Source of the DNA: an uncultured Planctomycetota bacterium
GTDB taxonomy: Bacteria; Planctomycetota; Planctomycetia; Isosphaerales; Isosphaeraceae
Length of the DNA stretch: 64,000 bases
Reading direction: 5' to 3'
Assembly: GCA_963823665.1 (NCBI GenBank)
Contig: CAWGMQ010000004.1
Location: forward strand, 1,248,001 to 1,312,000
A program made the translations under genes and the position numbers. Shown here one piece after another: positions 20,244 to 30,862 of the stretch (the stretch's first letter is position 1; every line of letters begins with the position of its first letter). The notes beneath the pieces are model-generated. The model saw only the letters and a program-made list of their open reading frames with translations. It was not told where the DNA came from and searched no databases.

Positions 20244-21025
20244 GTATCTTTCGCGACAATCTGTTTGCGGGAAAAGTTGCCCTGGTCACCGGCGGGGCGA
20301 CGGGAATCGGCCTTGGCATCGCGACGGCGCTTGCACAGCATGGCGCTTCCCTGGCGCTTGCCAGCCGGAATGAAGAAAACCTTCAAGTTGCCGCGAGGCA
20401 TATCCGAGAATCGACAAAACAACGATGCTTGACGATCGTCACCGACGTTCGTCAGCCGGAAGCGGTTGGGGCGGCCGTGACGCGCATCGTCCAGGAACTG
20501 GGCTCGCTCGATCTCGTGATCAACAATGCAGCCGGAAACTTCTTTTGCCCATCCGCCAAGCTGAGCCCCAACGGCTTCGGCACAGTGATCGACATCGACG
20601 CCAAGGGCACCTGGAATGTCTCCCGAGCTGCGTATGACGCGTGGCTCGGAGCGCACGGAGGAACTATCCTGAACATCAGCGCCACGCTGCACTACGGCGG
20701 CACGCCCGGCCAGGCACACGTCGCCGCCGCCAAGGCGGCCGTGGATGCGCTCACGCGCACGCTCGCCGTGGAGTGGGGCCCTCAAAACATCCGAGTGAAC
20801 GCCATAGCCCCCGGCCCAATTGGAGACACCGAAGGCGTGCGCCGTCTCTTACCCGGCGAGGCCGCAGAAAAAATGCGCCAGGTCATCCCAACTCGAAAGC
20901 TCGGCGCGATCAGCGACATCGTGAGCGCGGCCTTGTTCCTGCTCAGCGACGCGGCCGCCAACGTGAACGGAGCCATCCTGGTCTGCGACGGCGGCCTCTC
21001 GCTCACCGGCCGATTCCTCGAATAG
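20240..21025 (+). CDS. SDR oxidoreductase, 2,4-dienoyl-CoA reductase-like
   Basis: TGGATGIG, NNAAGNF, NISAT, HVAAAK and RVNAIAPGPI. Confidence 0.9.
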   Translation: MSIFRDNLFAGKVALVTGGATGIGLGIATALAQHGASLALASRNEENLQVAARHIRESTKQRCLTIVTDVRQPEAVGAAVTRIVQELGSLDLVINNAAGNFFCPSAKLSPNGFGTVIDIDAKGTWNVSRAAYDAWLGAHGGTILNISATLHYGGTPGQAHVAAAKAAVDALTRTLAVEWGPQNIRVNAIAPGPIGDTEGVRRLLPGEAAEKMRQVIPTRKLGAISDIVSAALFLLSDAAANVNGAILVCDGGLSLTGRFLE

Positions 21026-21026
21026 T

Positions 21027-21098
21027 CGATCCTCCAGACCTTTACCTACGACTGTCGGTATTATTACCGACAGTCGTAGGTAAAGGTCTGGAGGATCG
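21027..21098. promoter_or_regulatory. Perfect inverted repeat (34-bp arms, 4-nt loop) between the SDR and blaI; candidate operator or hairpin
   Basis: cgatcctccagacctttacctacgactgtcggta-ttat-taccgacagtcgtaggtaaaggtctggaggatcg; the repeat is certain, its function is inferred. Confidence 0.8.
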
Positions 21099-21102
21099 CG
21101 TG

Positions 21103-21504
21103 ATGGACGCCCCGCATGGGCTGCCCCCGCTCTCGGAGGCGCAGCTCGAGATCATGAACGTGGTGTGGGACCGCGGCGAGGTGACGGTCGCAGACGTGTG
21201 GAAGGCGCTTTCCGTAGACCGGAAAGTGGCGCGAAACACGGTTCTGACGATGCTCACGCGGCTGGAGGAGAAAGGCTGGCTCGAGCGAGACTCAGTCGAG
21301 CATGCGCATCGGTACCGGGCTGCGCTCCCACGCGATGCTACGCTGGGAACGATGCTCAGCCGCCTGGTCCAGATAGCCTTCGGCGGATCGGCCGAGGGGC
21401 TCTTGGTGGCGCTGTTGCAAGACCGGGGCGTCTCGAAGGAGGAGGCAGCGCGCATTCGCGCGATGATCGATCAGGCCGAAAAACGAGGGAGGCGAAGGCC
21501 ATGA
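21103..21504 (+). CDS. blaI: BlaI/MecI/CopY family repressor
   Basis: LSEAQLEIMNVVW, TVLTMLTRLEEKGWL and FGGS; GGAGGA upstream; ATGA overlap with the M56 gene. Confidence 0.92.
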   Translation: MDAPHGLPPLSEAQLEIMNVVWDRGEVTVADVWKALSVDRKVARNTVLTMLTRLEEKGWLERDSVEHAHRYRAALPRDATLGTMLSRLVQIAFGGSAEGLLVALLQDRGVSKEEAARIRAMIDQAEKRGRRRP

Positions 21505-24500
21505 GCTGGATTGAACAGTTTGCGCCAGGATCTTACTTCGGCCGGCTGGCGCTCCAGGTTATTGCCCAGGTCACAGGAGTCATCCTGGTTGCGGCCGTCC
21601 TGTCGGAGACGTTCCTCAAGCGAAGAGCGGCGCTGCGCCATCGTCTCTGGCTCTGCTGTCTCGCGTGCATCCTCCTGGGCCCGCCATTAGCCATCGTACT
21701 CGATCACGCAGGGATTGCCCTCGAGATCATTCCCTGGGCGGGGAGCCCGTCTCCTGCGACAGAGAATAATGTCGCTACCGTCGAAAATCTGCGACCGCAG
21801 GTTTCGGCAAGTCCAGCGTGGGAGGTTGCAGCCTACATACGCGAAGTACCCGAGGCGGGCACGACCCAACCGGCCCCGGAGCCAATCGACCTGTCGAGCT
21901 CCATTCCCGCGTCGTCGCCTGCAATTGAAGACCGGGCCATGGAGCCTCTGCCCGGGCCTTCAGTAGCGCCCGCGACGGCGGCGCAGCGCGACGTTGCAAC
22001 CAACATGTTGCAGGTCGCGCTCGGTGGTCTGGTGTTGTTGTGGGCGCTCGGCGTCGCGATCGGTTCCGTGCGGCTCTTGCTCGCCTGGCAACGGCTGAGC
22101 CGGCTCCGTCGTTCACTTGAGACGCTCGATGCTCACAATCTCGAGGCTGTGTTCAACGAGGTTCGTCAGGCGCTTGGGCTTCTCCGGCTGCCGGATGTCT
22201 TCACTTCGTGGGAAGTTTCAGGGCCGGTTGCCATCGGCACCTTCCGCGGGGGAATCGTGCTGCCCCGCACGCTCGCCGGATCGCTGGCACCGAACCAGCT
22301 TCGGGACGTCTTGGTTCACGAATTTGCGCACGTCCTCCGCTGGGACCCGCTGGTCGCGCTCTTGCAGCGGATCGCGGCCGTGGTGTACTGGCCGCATCCG
22401 CTCGTTCATTGGCTCAACCGGCGACTGGCGCGGTCGCGCGAAGAAGTTTGCGACAATTTCGTGCTCCGTTCTGGTGATCCCTGCGAATACGCACGCACGC
22501 TGCTCCAATTATCTGAGGGCCTCTTCGCGGCAAAGGCACAGCGCGTGGGGCTTGCGCTTGCCGAAGGCCGCTGGACGCTGAGCGATCGCATCTCTGGAAT
22601 CCTGGATCCGGGAAGGAATGCGGTGACGGCAGTCAAACCAGGGCCGGCCGCTGCCCTGGCACTCGCCCTGGCGTCGATTTGCATCTTGATAGGTGCAGCG
22701 CGACCGATCTCGGCGAAGCCGCAGGCAAGAGAGATTTCCGACAAAGTAGCTTCTGCAAAGGCACCGGAACGAGCAGTTCGAGGCATCGTTGTGGACGAGA
22801 AAGGCCAGCCCGTGGCAAACGCCAGGGTGTTCCCGGTGCGCTGGGAGAAACGGATCGAGCCCACGACGACGTCGCCGCACGGCTCGTTCCGGCTCGCTCT
22901 GGGAGGTTTGATGTTCCTCGAGGAGGACATCGCCGCCTCCGCGGATGAGGGCGGGCTGATGGGATTGGGCAAGTACGTCGAGCCGAAGAGTAGTTCCGAA
23001 CTCGCGCAGCCGGTTCGAATCGTGCTCAAGCAGAGCCGTGTGACGAAAGTGCATGTTCGCGATGCCAAAGCTCAGCCGGTGATAGGCGCCACGGTGGCCG
23101 CCGTGGGTTCCGACTACCAGGGCGAGACGACGACGGATCAAGCAGGTGACGCTTTGTTGCGGGTTCCGGCTGACGCCCAGGTGCGCTGGCTCGTTGCACG
23201 AAAAGCGGGCGTGGGGTTCGACTACTCCGAGAATGTTCGCTCCACGGGCGCCGACAAGATCCGGCCGTTGCCGCCGGAGGTGACACTGATACTCGAGGGC
23301 GCGCGCTCAGTGCGCATCAAGGCCGTGGATACCGCGGGCCGGCCGGTGCCCGGAGTCGAATTCGCGCCCTGGACGATCGCAAAGCCGCCAAAGCGCGATC
23401 AGGCGAACATCGGAGGCGCCCGGGGATGTACGCACGCACGGACAATTCCGGCGAAGCCACATTTGACTGGCTCCCGCCGGTTGTGGGAGAAGACGTCCCG
23501 TTCTTGATTCTTCCGCGAGAGTACTCCTGCCCGCAGTCGCCGGTTTATCGCTCGGGCGATGACGGAAAGTTGCTCGAGGCGCGACTGCTGCGCAGCACGC
23601 GCATCGCGGGCGTCGTGCGACACGCGGATGGCCGTCCGGCGGCAGGAATGCTGATCCTTGCCGAAGGCCACGGCGCAACCAATCATGATTGCCGGATGCA
23701 CACGCGAACTGCTGGCGATGGCTCATATGCACTCGACGTCTATCCCGAGCAATCGTACATGATCGCCGTTCTGGACGAGCGTTGGGCGGCAAGGACACTT
23801 GCCGGCGTGATCGTGCGAGAAGGAAAGCCACAGACTGGTCTGGACCTTACACTCCTCGCCGGCACGCTCATTCACGGCGTGGTCACGAAAGGCGCGGGCG
23901 GGCCGCCCGTGCATGGCGCGACGATCACGCTGATGGAGCAGGGTCCCGATCTCCCGCCGGCGTTCAAGGCGCCCTTGGCGGCGAAGGACGTTTCCAGATT
24001 GCCTCAGTGGACCACGACCGACGATCTCGGCCGGTATCGATTCCGCGTCGGGCCGGGCCGATACCGGATCAATAGCGGAGACGGCGCAGACGAGCAGATT
24101 GTCGAGGCCCAGGCCGAGATCGTGCGCGATCTTCGTATCAGCGAGTCACTGGAGCGAGAGTCAATTACCGGAACGGCGATCGAGAAAACGCCAGCGGGCG
24201 AGCGGCCCATTCCTGGCGCATTGATCGAAGTCGCGCCGATTGGCAGCAACGGCTTCGATGGCAGGGCCGTTGCAAATGCCCAAGGGCAATTCGAGCTGAC
24301 GCTCAGGCGTGGAGGATCGCGAACGATCCTCGCTCGTGACCCTGGCGGAGCAGTCGCAGGTTTCACGCGCATTGGCCCCGATACGAAGCGAGTGAAAGCC
24401 TACGCCGCGCCGCCCTCGCGGATATCGGGTAGAGTGCTCGACTCGGACGGCCGAGGGGTTTTTGGCCGGCGCATCCAGCTTCTTGTCGATTCCGGTCCGG

Positions 24501-26176
24501 ATTTCCAAACCTCCAGTCGCTTTCCCGCCCATGTGCCAACGGACGCGGACGGGCGGTACGAGTTCCGTGGTATTGCCGTCGGCGCCAACGTCGACGTGCT
24601 CGTTGGGATTGATCAAGATCGCGTGGAACGATCGGGGCTTCTCAATGTCCAGCACGTCGTGGTGCGCGGGCCTGATCCGATCGAAATGGATGACGTTGTC
24701 CTGCGCAAGAAAAAGGAGAACGCCACCGGGCGGACTCAAATGCCTCCGCTTCCTGGCGCGGCCTCCTATCAGCCAGTGGCACCGACCCGGGCCGTGTGCG
24801 AGACCGTGCTGCGTGAAATCGGCCGAGAGCCCGTCACTCCCGACATGATAGATCGCGCCTGGCTGTTCACCCGACCGCAATTCCACTGGCACGCGAACAT
24901 CAAGGAGATAGGCGCGGCCCTCGGTGAACCGCAGATGATCGAGTGGATCGACGAGACCGCTCGCCGGTTGACCGGTAAGCCCGCCGACTCGCTGACGGTC
25001 TTCAAAGGCGCGCTCGACTACGGCTTCGGCTGGTACGATGAAATCGTCAGGGAAAAGATCATCGAATGGCGCGCCGACGCGGTAAGACCCGCAGTAACCG
25101 TTCGAGGAGCCGTCGTTGAACAAGAGAGTGGCAAGCTGATCGCAGGCGCAGTTGTCTATGCATCCGACGGATTGGCACGAACCGACTCCGCGGGCAGGTT
25201 TCAGCTCGAGACGAGGGCTCCGCAGGTGAAGGGGATGATCTGGGTCGAGGCAGAGGGCTTTGCCCTGTGCGAGTACCCCGCACTCGTTGGTCCAGACAAG
25301 CAGGCGGACGTGCGGATCTCGCTCGGCAAGGAGGAACTGATCGCCGGCTTGGTGGTCGGACCGGATGGCCGACCAGTTGCGGAGGCGACTGTCACGGCGA
25401 TCGTCAAACACTTCGAGTTCCGCGCGCCAAACGCGGGAGCGACTGCTGGAGGATCCTCCTTCGGCTTCCCCATCGAGGTGAATACCGGCGCAGACGGCCG
25501 TTTCGTCCTGCGAGGCATACCGCGCGGACTGCGGATAGGCTGGTGGGAGGTCCGGCATCCCGAATTCCAGACGCTCGACTCCAACGGCGACATCCTGTCT
25601 GCCGCAGACTCAATGACGCTCAAGCTGGCGGCCGGCTGCTCGGTTTCGGGTGTTGTCGTCGATGAATCCGGCCGGTCCATTTCCGGCGCCGACGTTCAGA
25701 TTCGATCGCCGTCCAGCTCCGGGCACCAGACGCGGACCCGCACCAACCGCGACGGCCGCTTCCACTTCGGAAACGTCAGTCCGGGCCGGTGGACAGTGCT
25801 CGTGCAACCGCTGCGCCAAGCACCGGTTTACACCACCGTCGTGGCGTCTGCAAATCGGCCCGCGGAAAATCAATTCGTCGTCGGACCAAGCGCATACATC
25901 CTCGGCCGCGTGATCGGACCAGACGGCTCGCCGGTCGAAGGCGCCGCCGTGGGCTGGGCCAAGCCCGTGAACGAACGCGGCCAGGAGATCGAGGCGCTCG
26001 AGCTCAGTCGAACGTCGACCACAGCCAAGGACGGCACGTTTCGATTCGGGCCCATTTCCCAGGGAAACTTTGCACTGACGGGCCTGGCAACACAGCCGCG
26101 GCGGACCGGTCACGTGACCGCCAGCGCAAACACCGTCGACGCCGTGATCCGGCTCGAGCTCGAAAAGAGGCAATAA
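21501..26176 (+). CDS. BlaR1-like M56 metallopeptidase with extracytoplasmic carboxypeptidase-regulatory-like repeats (frameshift near 23426)
   Basis: RAALRHRLW, HEFAH, WPHPLVHW and REEVCD; repeated GxVxDxxGxPVxGA...TDxxGRF units in ORFs 21165..23507 and 23426..26176. Confidence 0.88.
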
Positions 26177-26248
26177 CGGCGATCTCGCCGGGAAAGGTGA
26201 CTTACCGACATCGGATCGGTATGCTCGATCCCTCTCCCGGAGCAAACC

Positions 26249-27229
26249 ATGGCAGGCCGTTTATCCCTCGAAGACAAGCTGGCGGCGCTTCGCGCGATTC
26301 GAGATGCGGAGCCATCGGAAAGTCACAAGTCCGAGTTGAAGCGCTATCTCGGCGACCGGTCAAACCTGGTCGTCGCCTCGGCCGCAACCCTCGCCGGCGA
26401 GCGAGCGTTTCTCGAGCTTCTTGGCGACATGGAGGTCGCGTTCGATCGCTTCCTCGTCGATCCCGTCAAGAACGACAAACTGTGCCGCGCCAAGATCGCC
26501 ATTGTGCAGGCCCTGGATAAGATCGAGCATCTCAAGCGCGACGTCTTCGAGAAGGCTGCCCGTCACATTCAGCTCGAGCCGGCCTGGGGCAAGGAAGACG
26601 ACACCGCGGCGCCGTTGCGCGCTGCGGCGCTCTTTGCACTCGCCAGGATCGGCGGGTCAGACTACCACTGTCTGCTTGTCGACGCATTGACCGACCCCGA
26701 GAAGGACGTGCGGCTTGCCGCAGCCCAGGCGCTGGCCTACGTCGGCACGGAGGCCGCCGGGTTGGTCCTTCGTTTGAAAGCCCGTCTGGGAGATGCCGAC
26801 CCGGACGTGCTCTCCGAGTGCCTGTCCGGCCTCTTGACGATTGGCCCAGAGGCGAACCTTGATTTCGTCTGTGAATTCCTCGGTCCAGCCGACCCCCCTC
26901 GGTGCGAAGCCGCGGCCCTGGCCCTGGGCAAGACCAAGCTGCCCCGTGCCCTCGAAGCGCTCAAGTCCTGCTGGCAAAGATCTTACGAAAAAACGCTCCG
27001 GAACCAGATTCTGCTCGCGATCTCCATGATGCGACTTCCCGCGGCGATCGACTTCCTGCTTGAGCTGGTCGAGTCTGACTCGGAATCGTCAGCACTTTCT
27101 GCCATGACGGCCCTGAAATTCCACCGCTACGACACACGGCTGTGTGAACGCCTTGCGCAAACGGTAAAGAGAACGGCGAGCCGCGCTCTACAATTACAGT
27201 TGGATCGAGATTTCGCGACGACCCCATAG
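26249..27229 (+). CDS. HEAT-repeat protein
   Basis: Helical repeats such as LVDALTDPEKDVRLAAAQALA; GGAG upstream. Confidence 0.8.
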   Translation: MAGRLSLEDKLAALRAIRDAEPSESHKSELKRYLGDRSNLVVASAATLAGERAFLELLGDMEVAFDRFLVDPVKNDKLCRAKIAIVQALDKIEHLKRDVFEKAARHIQLEPAWGKEDDTAAPLRAAALFALARIGGSDYHCLLVDALTDPEKDVRLAAAQALAYVGTEAAGLVLRLKARLGDADPDVLSECLSGLLTIGPEANLDFVCEFLGPADPPRCEAAALALGKTKLPRALEALKSCWQRSYEKTLRNQILLAISMMRLPAAIDFLLELVESDSESSALSAMTALKFHRYDTRLCERLAQTVKRTASRALQLQLDRDFATTP

Positions 27230-27442
27230 GCCGGACACGATCGTCGACCACGATTCTGTCCGCTCGTCGAGCAGTAACCGATCGTTAGAGGGACCAACGT
27301 TGCAAAAAAGCTGCACCGACATTCATGCAATGATTCACGTAATCGTGGCGTGTTGCTCGGATGTGGCCCGGTCGGGTACACTGGTAACATGGGCGAAGTC
27401 TGGCCGAAGACGGTGTTGTGCGGGACAACCGGAGTTTGACCG

Positions 27443-28048
27443 ATGGCGGAACGTGGGACTGATGAGGGTCTTCTCGGCGCGGCGCGGGGCGGTTCGCGGG
27501 AGGCGCTCGGAAATGCGCTGGAGGCCAGCCGTCGTTACTTGCTGGCGATTGCGTCGCGCGAGCTCGATCCGGACCTGATGGCCAAAGGCGGGGCGTCGGA
27601 TCTGGTGCAGGAGACATTTCTGGAGGCTCAGCGCGACTTTGCGCGGTTCCGGGGTTCTTCACCGGACGAGCTGCGCGCGTGGCTTCGCCAGGTATTGCTT
27701 CACAACGTCGGGGCGTTCACGCGGCGGTTTCGCGCGACGAGCAAGCGGGCGGTGGGGCTGGAAGTTGCGATTGACGGCGGCGCGTCGTCCGCCGGTACAG
27801 ATGAGCCCAAGGCCGCGTCGAATCTCTCGCCCAGCGGGGTCGCGATCGAGCACGAACAGAGCTCGGCGTTGCGGCGGGCATTGGAACGGCTGCCGGAGGA
27901 GTACCGCCGGGTCGTGTGCCTTCGGTTCGACGAGGATCGATCGTTCGAGGAGATCGGCGAATTGACCGGCCGGTCCCCGAATGCCGCCCGCAAGGTGTGG
28001 GCACGCGCGATGGAGAGGCTGAGGCTGGAATGGGAGAGCCGGTTGTGA
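27443..28048 (+). CDS. ECF sigma-70 factor, planctomycete kinase-associated type
   Basis: ASDLVQETFLEA, ELRAWLRQVL and LPEEYRRVV...SFEEIG; stop overlaps the kinase start (GTGA). Confidence 0.93.
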   Translation: MAERGTDEGLLGAARGGSREALGNALEASRRYLLAIASRELDPDLMAKGGASDLVQETFLEAQRDFARFRGSSPDELRAWLRQVLLHNVGAFTRRFRATSKRAVGLEVAIDGGASSAGTDEPKAASNLSPSGVAIEHEQSSALRRALERLPEEYRRVVCLRFDEDRSFEEIGELTGRSPNAARKVWARAMERLRLEWESRL

Positions 28049-30794
28049 CGCTCGACGAAGCAGCCTCACTCCGGGGGAATGACGACGCGGCTCTGTGGCT
28101 GGCGGCCTGCGACGAGCGCCTGGCCTCTGGCGAGCCGATCTCGTCGTTGGAAGGCGTGGGGGTTCCCGCGGCGCTCCGGCCGCACCTCGAAGTCGAAGCG
28201 GCGTGGTGCCAACTGGTGCGGCAGATGTGGCACCATTCCACCGAACCGGAGCCCGCGGCGAAGAATCTTTGGTCCGGAGACAAAGCCCCTATTCTGGAAG
28301 AACATCCGGCCGAGCTGGGCCGGTTCGTGATCCGGCGCGAGCTGGGGCGGGGATCCTTCGGAATCGTGTACCTGGCGTATGACCCGCGGCTGCGGCGCGA
28401 GCTGGCGCTCAAGGTTCCGCGCGGCGAGGTGCTGCTCTCGAGCGAGCTCCGCGCGCGGTTCCGGAACGAGGCGATGGCGGCCGCGGGCCTGGACCACCCC
28501 AATATCGTGCCGGTCTACGAGGCGGGCGAGGACGGGCCGTGCTGTTTCATCGCTTCGGCATACTGTCCGGGCATCACGCTGGCGGCCTGGCTCCGAGGCC
28601 GCAGCACCGTGGTGCCGCACCGGATGGCTGCAAAGCTGGTGGCCACGCTGGCCGAGGCGGTCGAGCATGCGCACCGGCGCGGAGTCTTGCACCGAGACCT
28701 CAAGCCGAGCAATATCTTGCTCGAAATGCCTGCCGACCGGGCCGAGGATCGGCAACAGGACGACGACATCCGCGATCTGGTTCCCCGCGTGACGGACTTC
28801 GGGCTGGCCAAACTTCTGGACGACGAGCTGGCTCCGGGCGCACCACTCAACCCGACGCAGTCCGGCATGCTCGTGGGAACCCCGAGCTACATGGCGCCCG
28901 AGCAGGCCGAAGGAAAGCGCGGCGCGGTCGGCCCAGCGAGTGACATCTACAGCCTGGGCGTGATCCTTTACGAGGTGCTCACCGGCCGGCCGCCGTTCCA
29001 GGGAGATTCGGTGCTGGATACACTGGTCCTGGTGCGTACGCAGGATGTGTTGCCCCCTTCAAAGCTCCGCCAACGCCTGCCGCGCGACCTCGAAACGATC
29101 TGCCTGCACTGCCTGAACCGGCAGCCGCAGGCGCGCTACAGGGCGGCAGGAGAGCTTGCGGAGGACCTGCGGCGCTTCCTCGCCGGCGAACCGATCCGCG
29201 CACGCCCGGCCCACCCGGTTGAGCGGGCCGTTAAATGGGTTCACCGCCATCCGGCGATCGCAGCGCTCGGTGGCGCAACGGCCACGGCCACGATTGCGAT
29301 TGCGATTGTCATCGCGATCGCGACCGTCCGCCTCAAGCACCAGAGAGACCTGGCCGAGAGCCGCCGGCTTGAGGCCGTGGCCAATCTGCAAAAGGCCCGC
29401 CAGGCCGTGGACCGAATGTTGACCCGGGTCAGCGCAGAGCGACTCAAGGACATTCCCCAAGTTGAGCCAGTGCAGCGCGCGCTGCTGGAAGACGCTCTGG
29501 AGTTCTACCGGGAGTTCGCGCGTGACGCCCACGGTGACCCGGAGATTCTGTTCGAGGCGAGCCGGGCCTATCTCAGGCTCGGCGCGCCTACCATGGTTTC
29601 GGCAGGCTGCGCGAGGCCGATTCTTGTGTCCGCGAGGCGCTTGCGATCCAGGAGAAGCTGGTGGCCGCTGCCCCGGCGATCGCAGCCTATGGGCATGAGC
29701 TTGCAAATACCCACATCGCGCTGGCCAGGCTCGCGCGCGACCTCGGCCAGCCCGCTCATGCGCTCGAGTCGTTGCGCAAGGCGACGGCACTGGGCGACAC
29801 AATCTCCGCCGCCGATCCCAACAACGGCAGCTACCAAACGCAGCGCGCCAATTTGGCCAACGTGCGCGGAATGGTTCTCGAGGACATGGGGCAGCGCGAG
29901 GCCGCCGAAGCCGATTATCGCAAGGGCATCGAGTTGCACGATGACCTGGCCGAGCGATTCCCGACAGAGAAGGAGCATCGGACACGTGCGGGCGTGTGCC
30001 GCAACAACCTCACCATTCTGCTGGAAGAATCCGGCCGGCTTGAAGAGGCCGAGGCGATCTACCGGCAGAGTATCAAACTCTGGGAAGCTCTGGCCGCCGG
30101 TGAACCCGCACATGCCGATCATCGCTCCAAGCTGGCGCTCACCGAGGCCAACCTGGCGGTGCTGCTGGAGAAGACCAGCCGTACGAGCGAGGCAGAGCGA
30201 AGCCTCCAGCGCGCTGCCGTTCTGCGCGCGTCCCTGACGAAGGACTTCCCGAACACGCCCTGGCATTTCGTCAAGCTGGCTGAAGCTCACCGCAGACTGT
30301 CCGAGCTGCAAGCCGATCGCGGTGACTTTGCGGAAACCCGCAAGCTGCGAGAGCAGGCCGTCGCGGCCGCGCGAGCAGCACGGGCGATCGCCCCGGAAAA
30401 CGTGGAATTCCGCCGTCTGCTTGCCTCGGAGTGCGCCAGCCTTGTCGAGACGTTGATCTCCCTCAAGAAGCATGACGAAGCAACCCGATATACCGCGGAG
30501 TTCGCCTCGCTTTCTCACGATTCAGCGATTGAGACACTGCACGCCGGTTCGTTCATGGCGCAATGCGTTCCGCTGGCTGCGGCCGATCCCGATCTCCCGG
30601 GCTCACGCCGAGCCGAGCTTGCGGAGGCCTATGCGAAGCGAGCGATCGAGCTCGTTGGCGAAGCGGCGAGAAAGGGTTATCGCGACGTCGATGCGGTTCG
30701 GAAGGACAAAGGCTTTGATTCATTACGGGCGCGGCCGGATTTCGGCGCTTTGGTAGCCGGGATGGTGACGGCGCCGGACGCGAGCGCACGTTGA
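28045..30794 (+). CDS. Ser/Thr protein kinase with TM and TPR region (frameshift near 29580-29650)
   Basis: GRGSFG, HRDLKPSN, DFGLAK and GTPSYMAPE; TPR half continues in ORF 29661..30794. Confidence 0.92.
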
Positions 30795-30862
30795 GGGCTC
30801 GCCGCAAGCTCGCGCGGTGAACCGAGGCGCTATGCACGAAATATCTCACGCCGCCTTCGTCG

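Noticed and set aside
21103..26176. Beta-lactam resistance locus
   Set aside because: No penicillin-binding sensor domain recognised and no beta-lactamase nearby
27230..27290. GTTAGAG after the HEAT gene as an attC site
   Set aside because: No matching RYYYAAC or paired L boxes could be found
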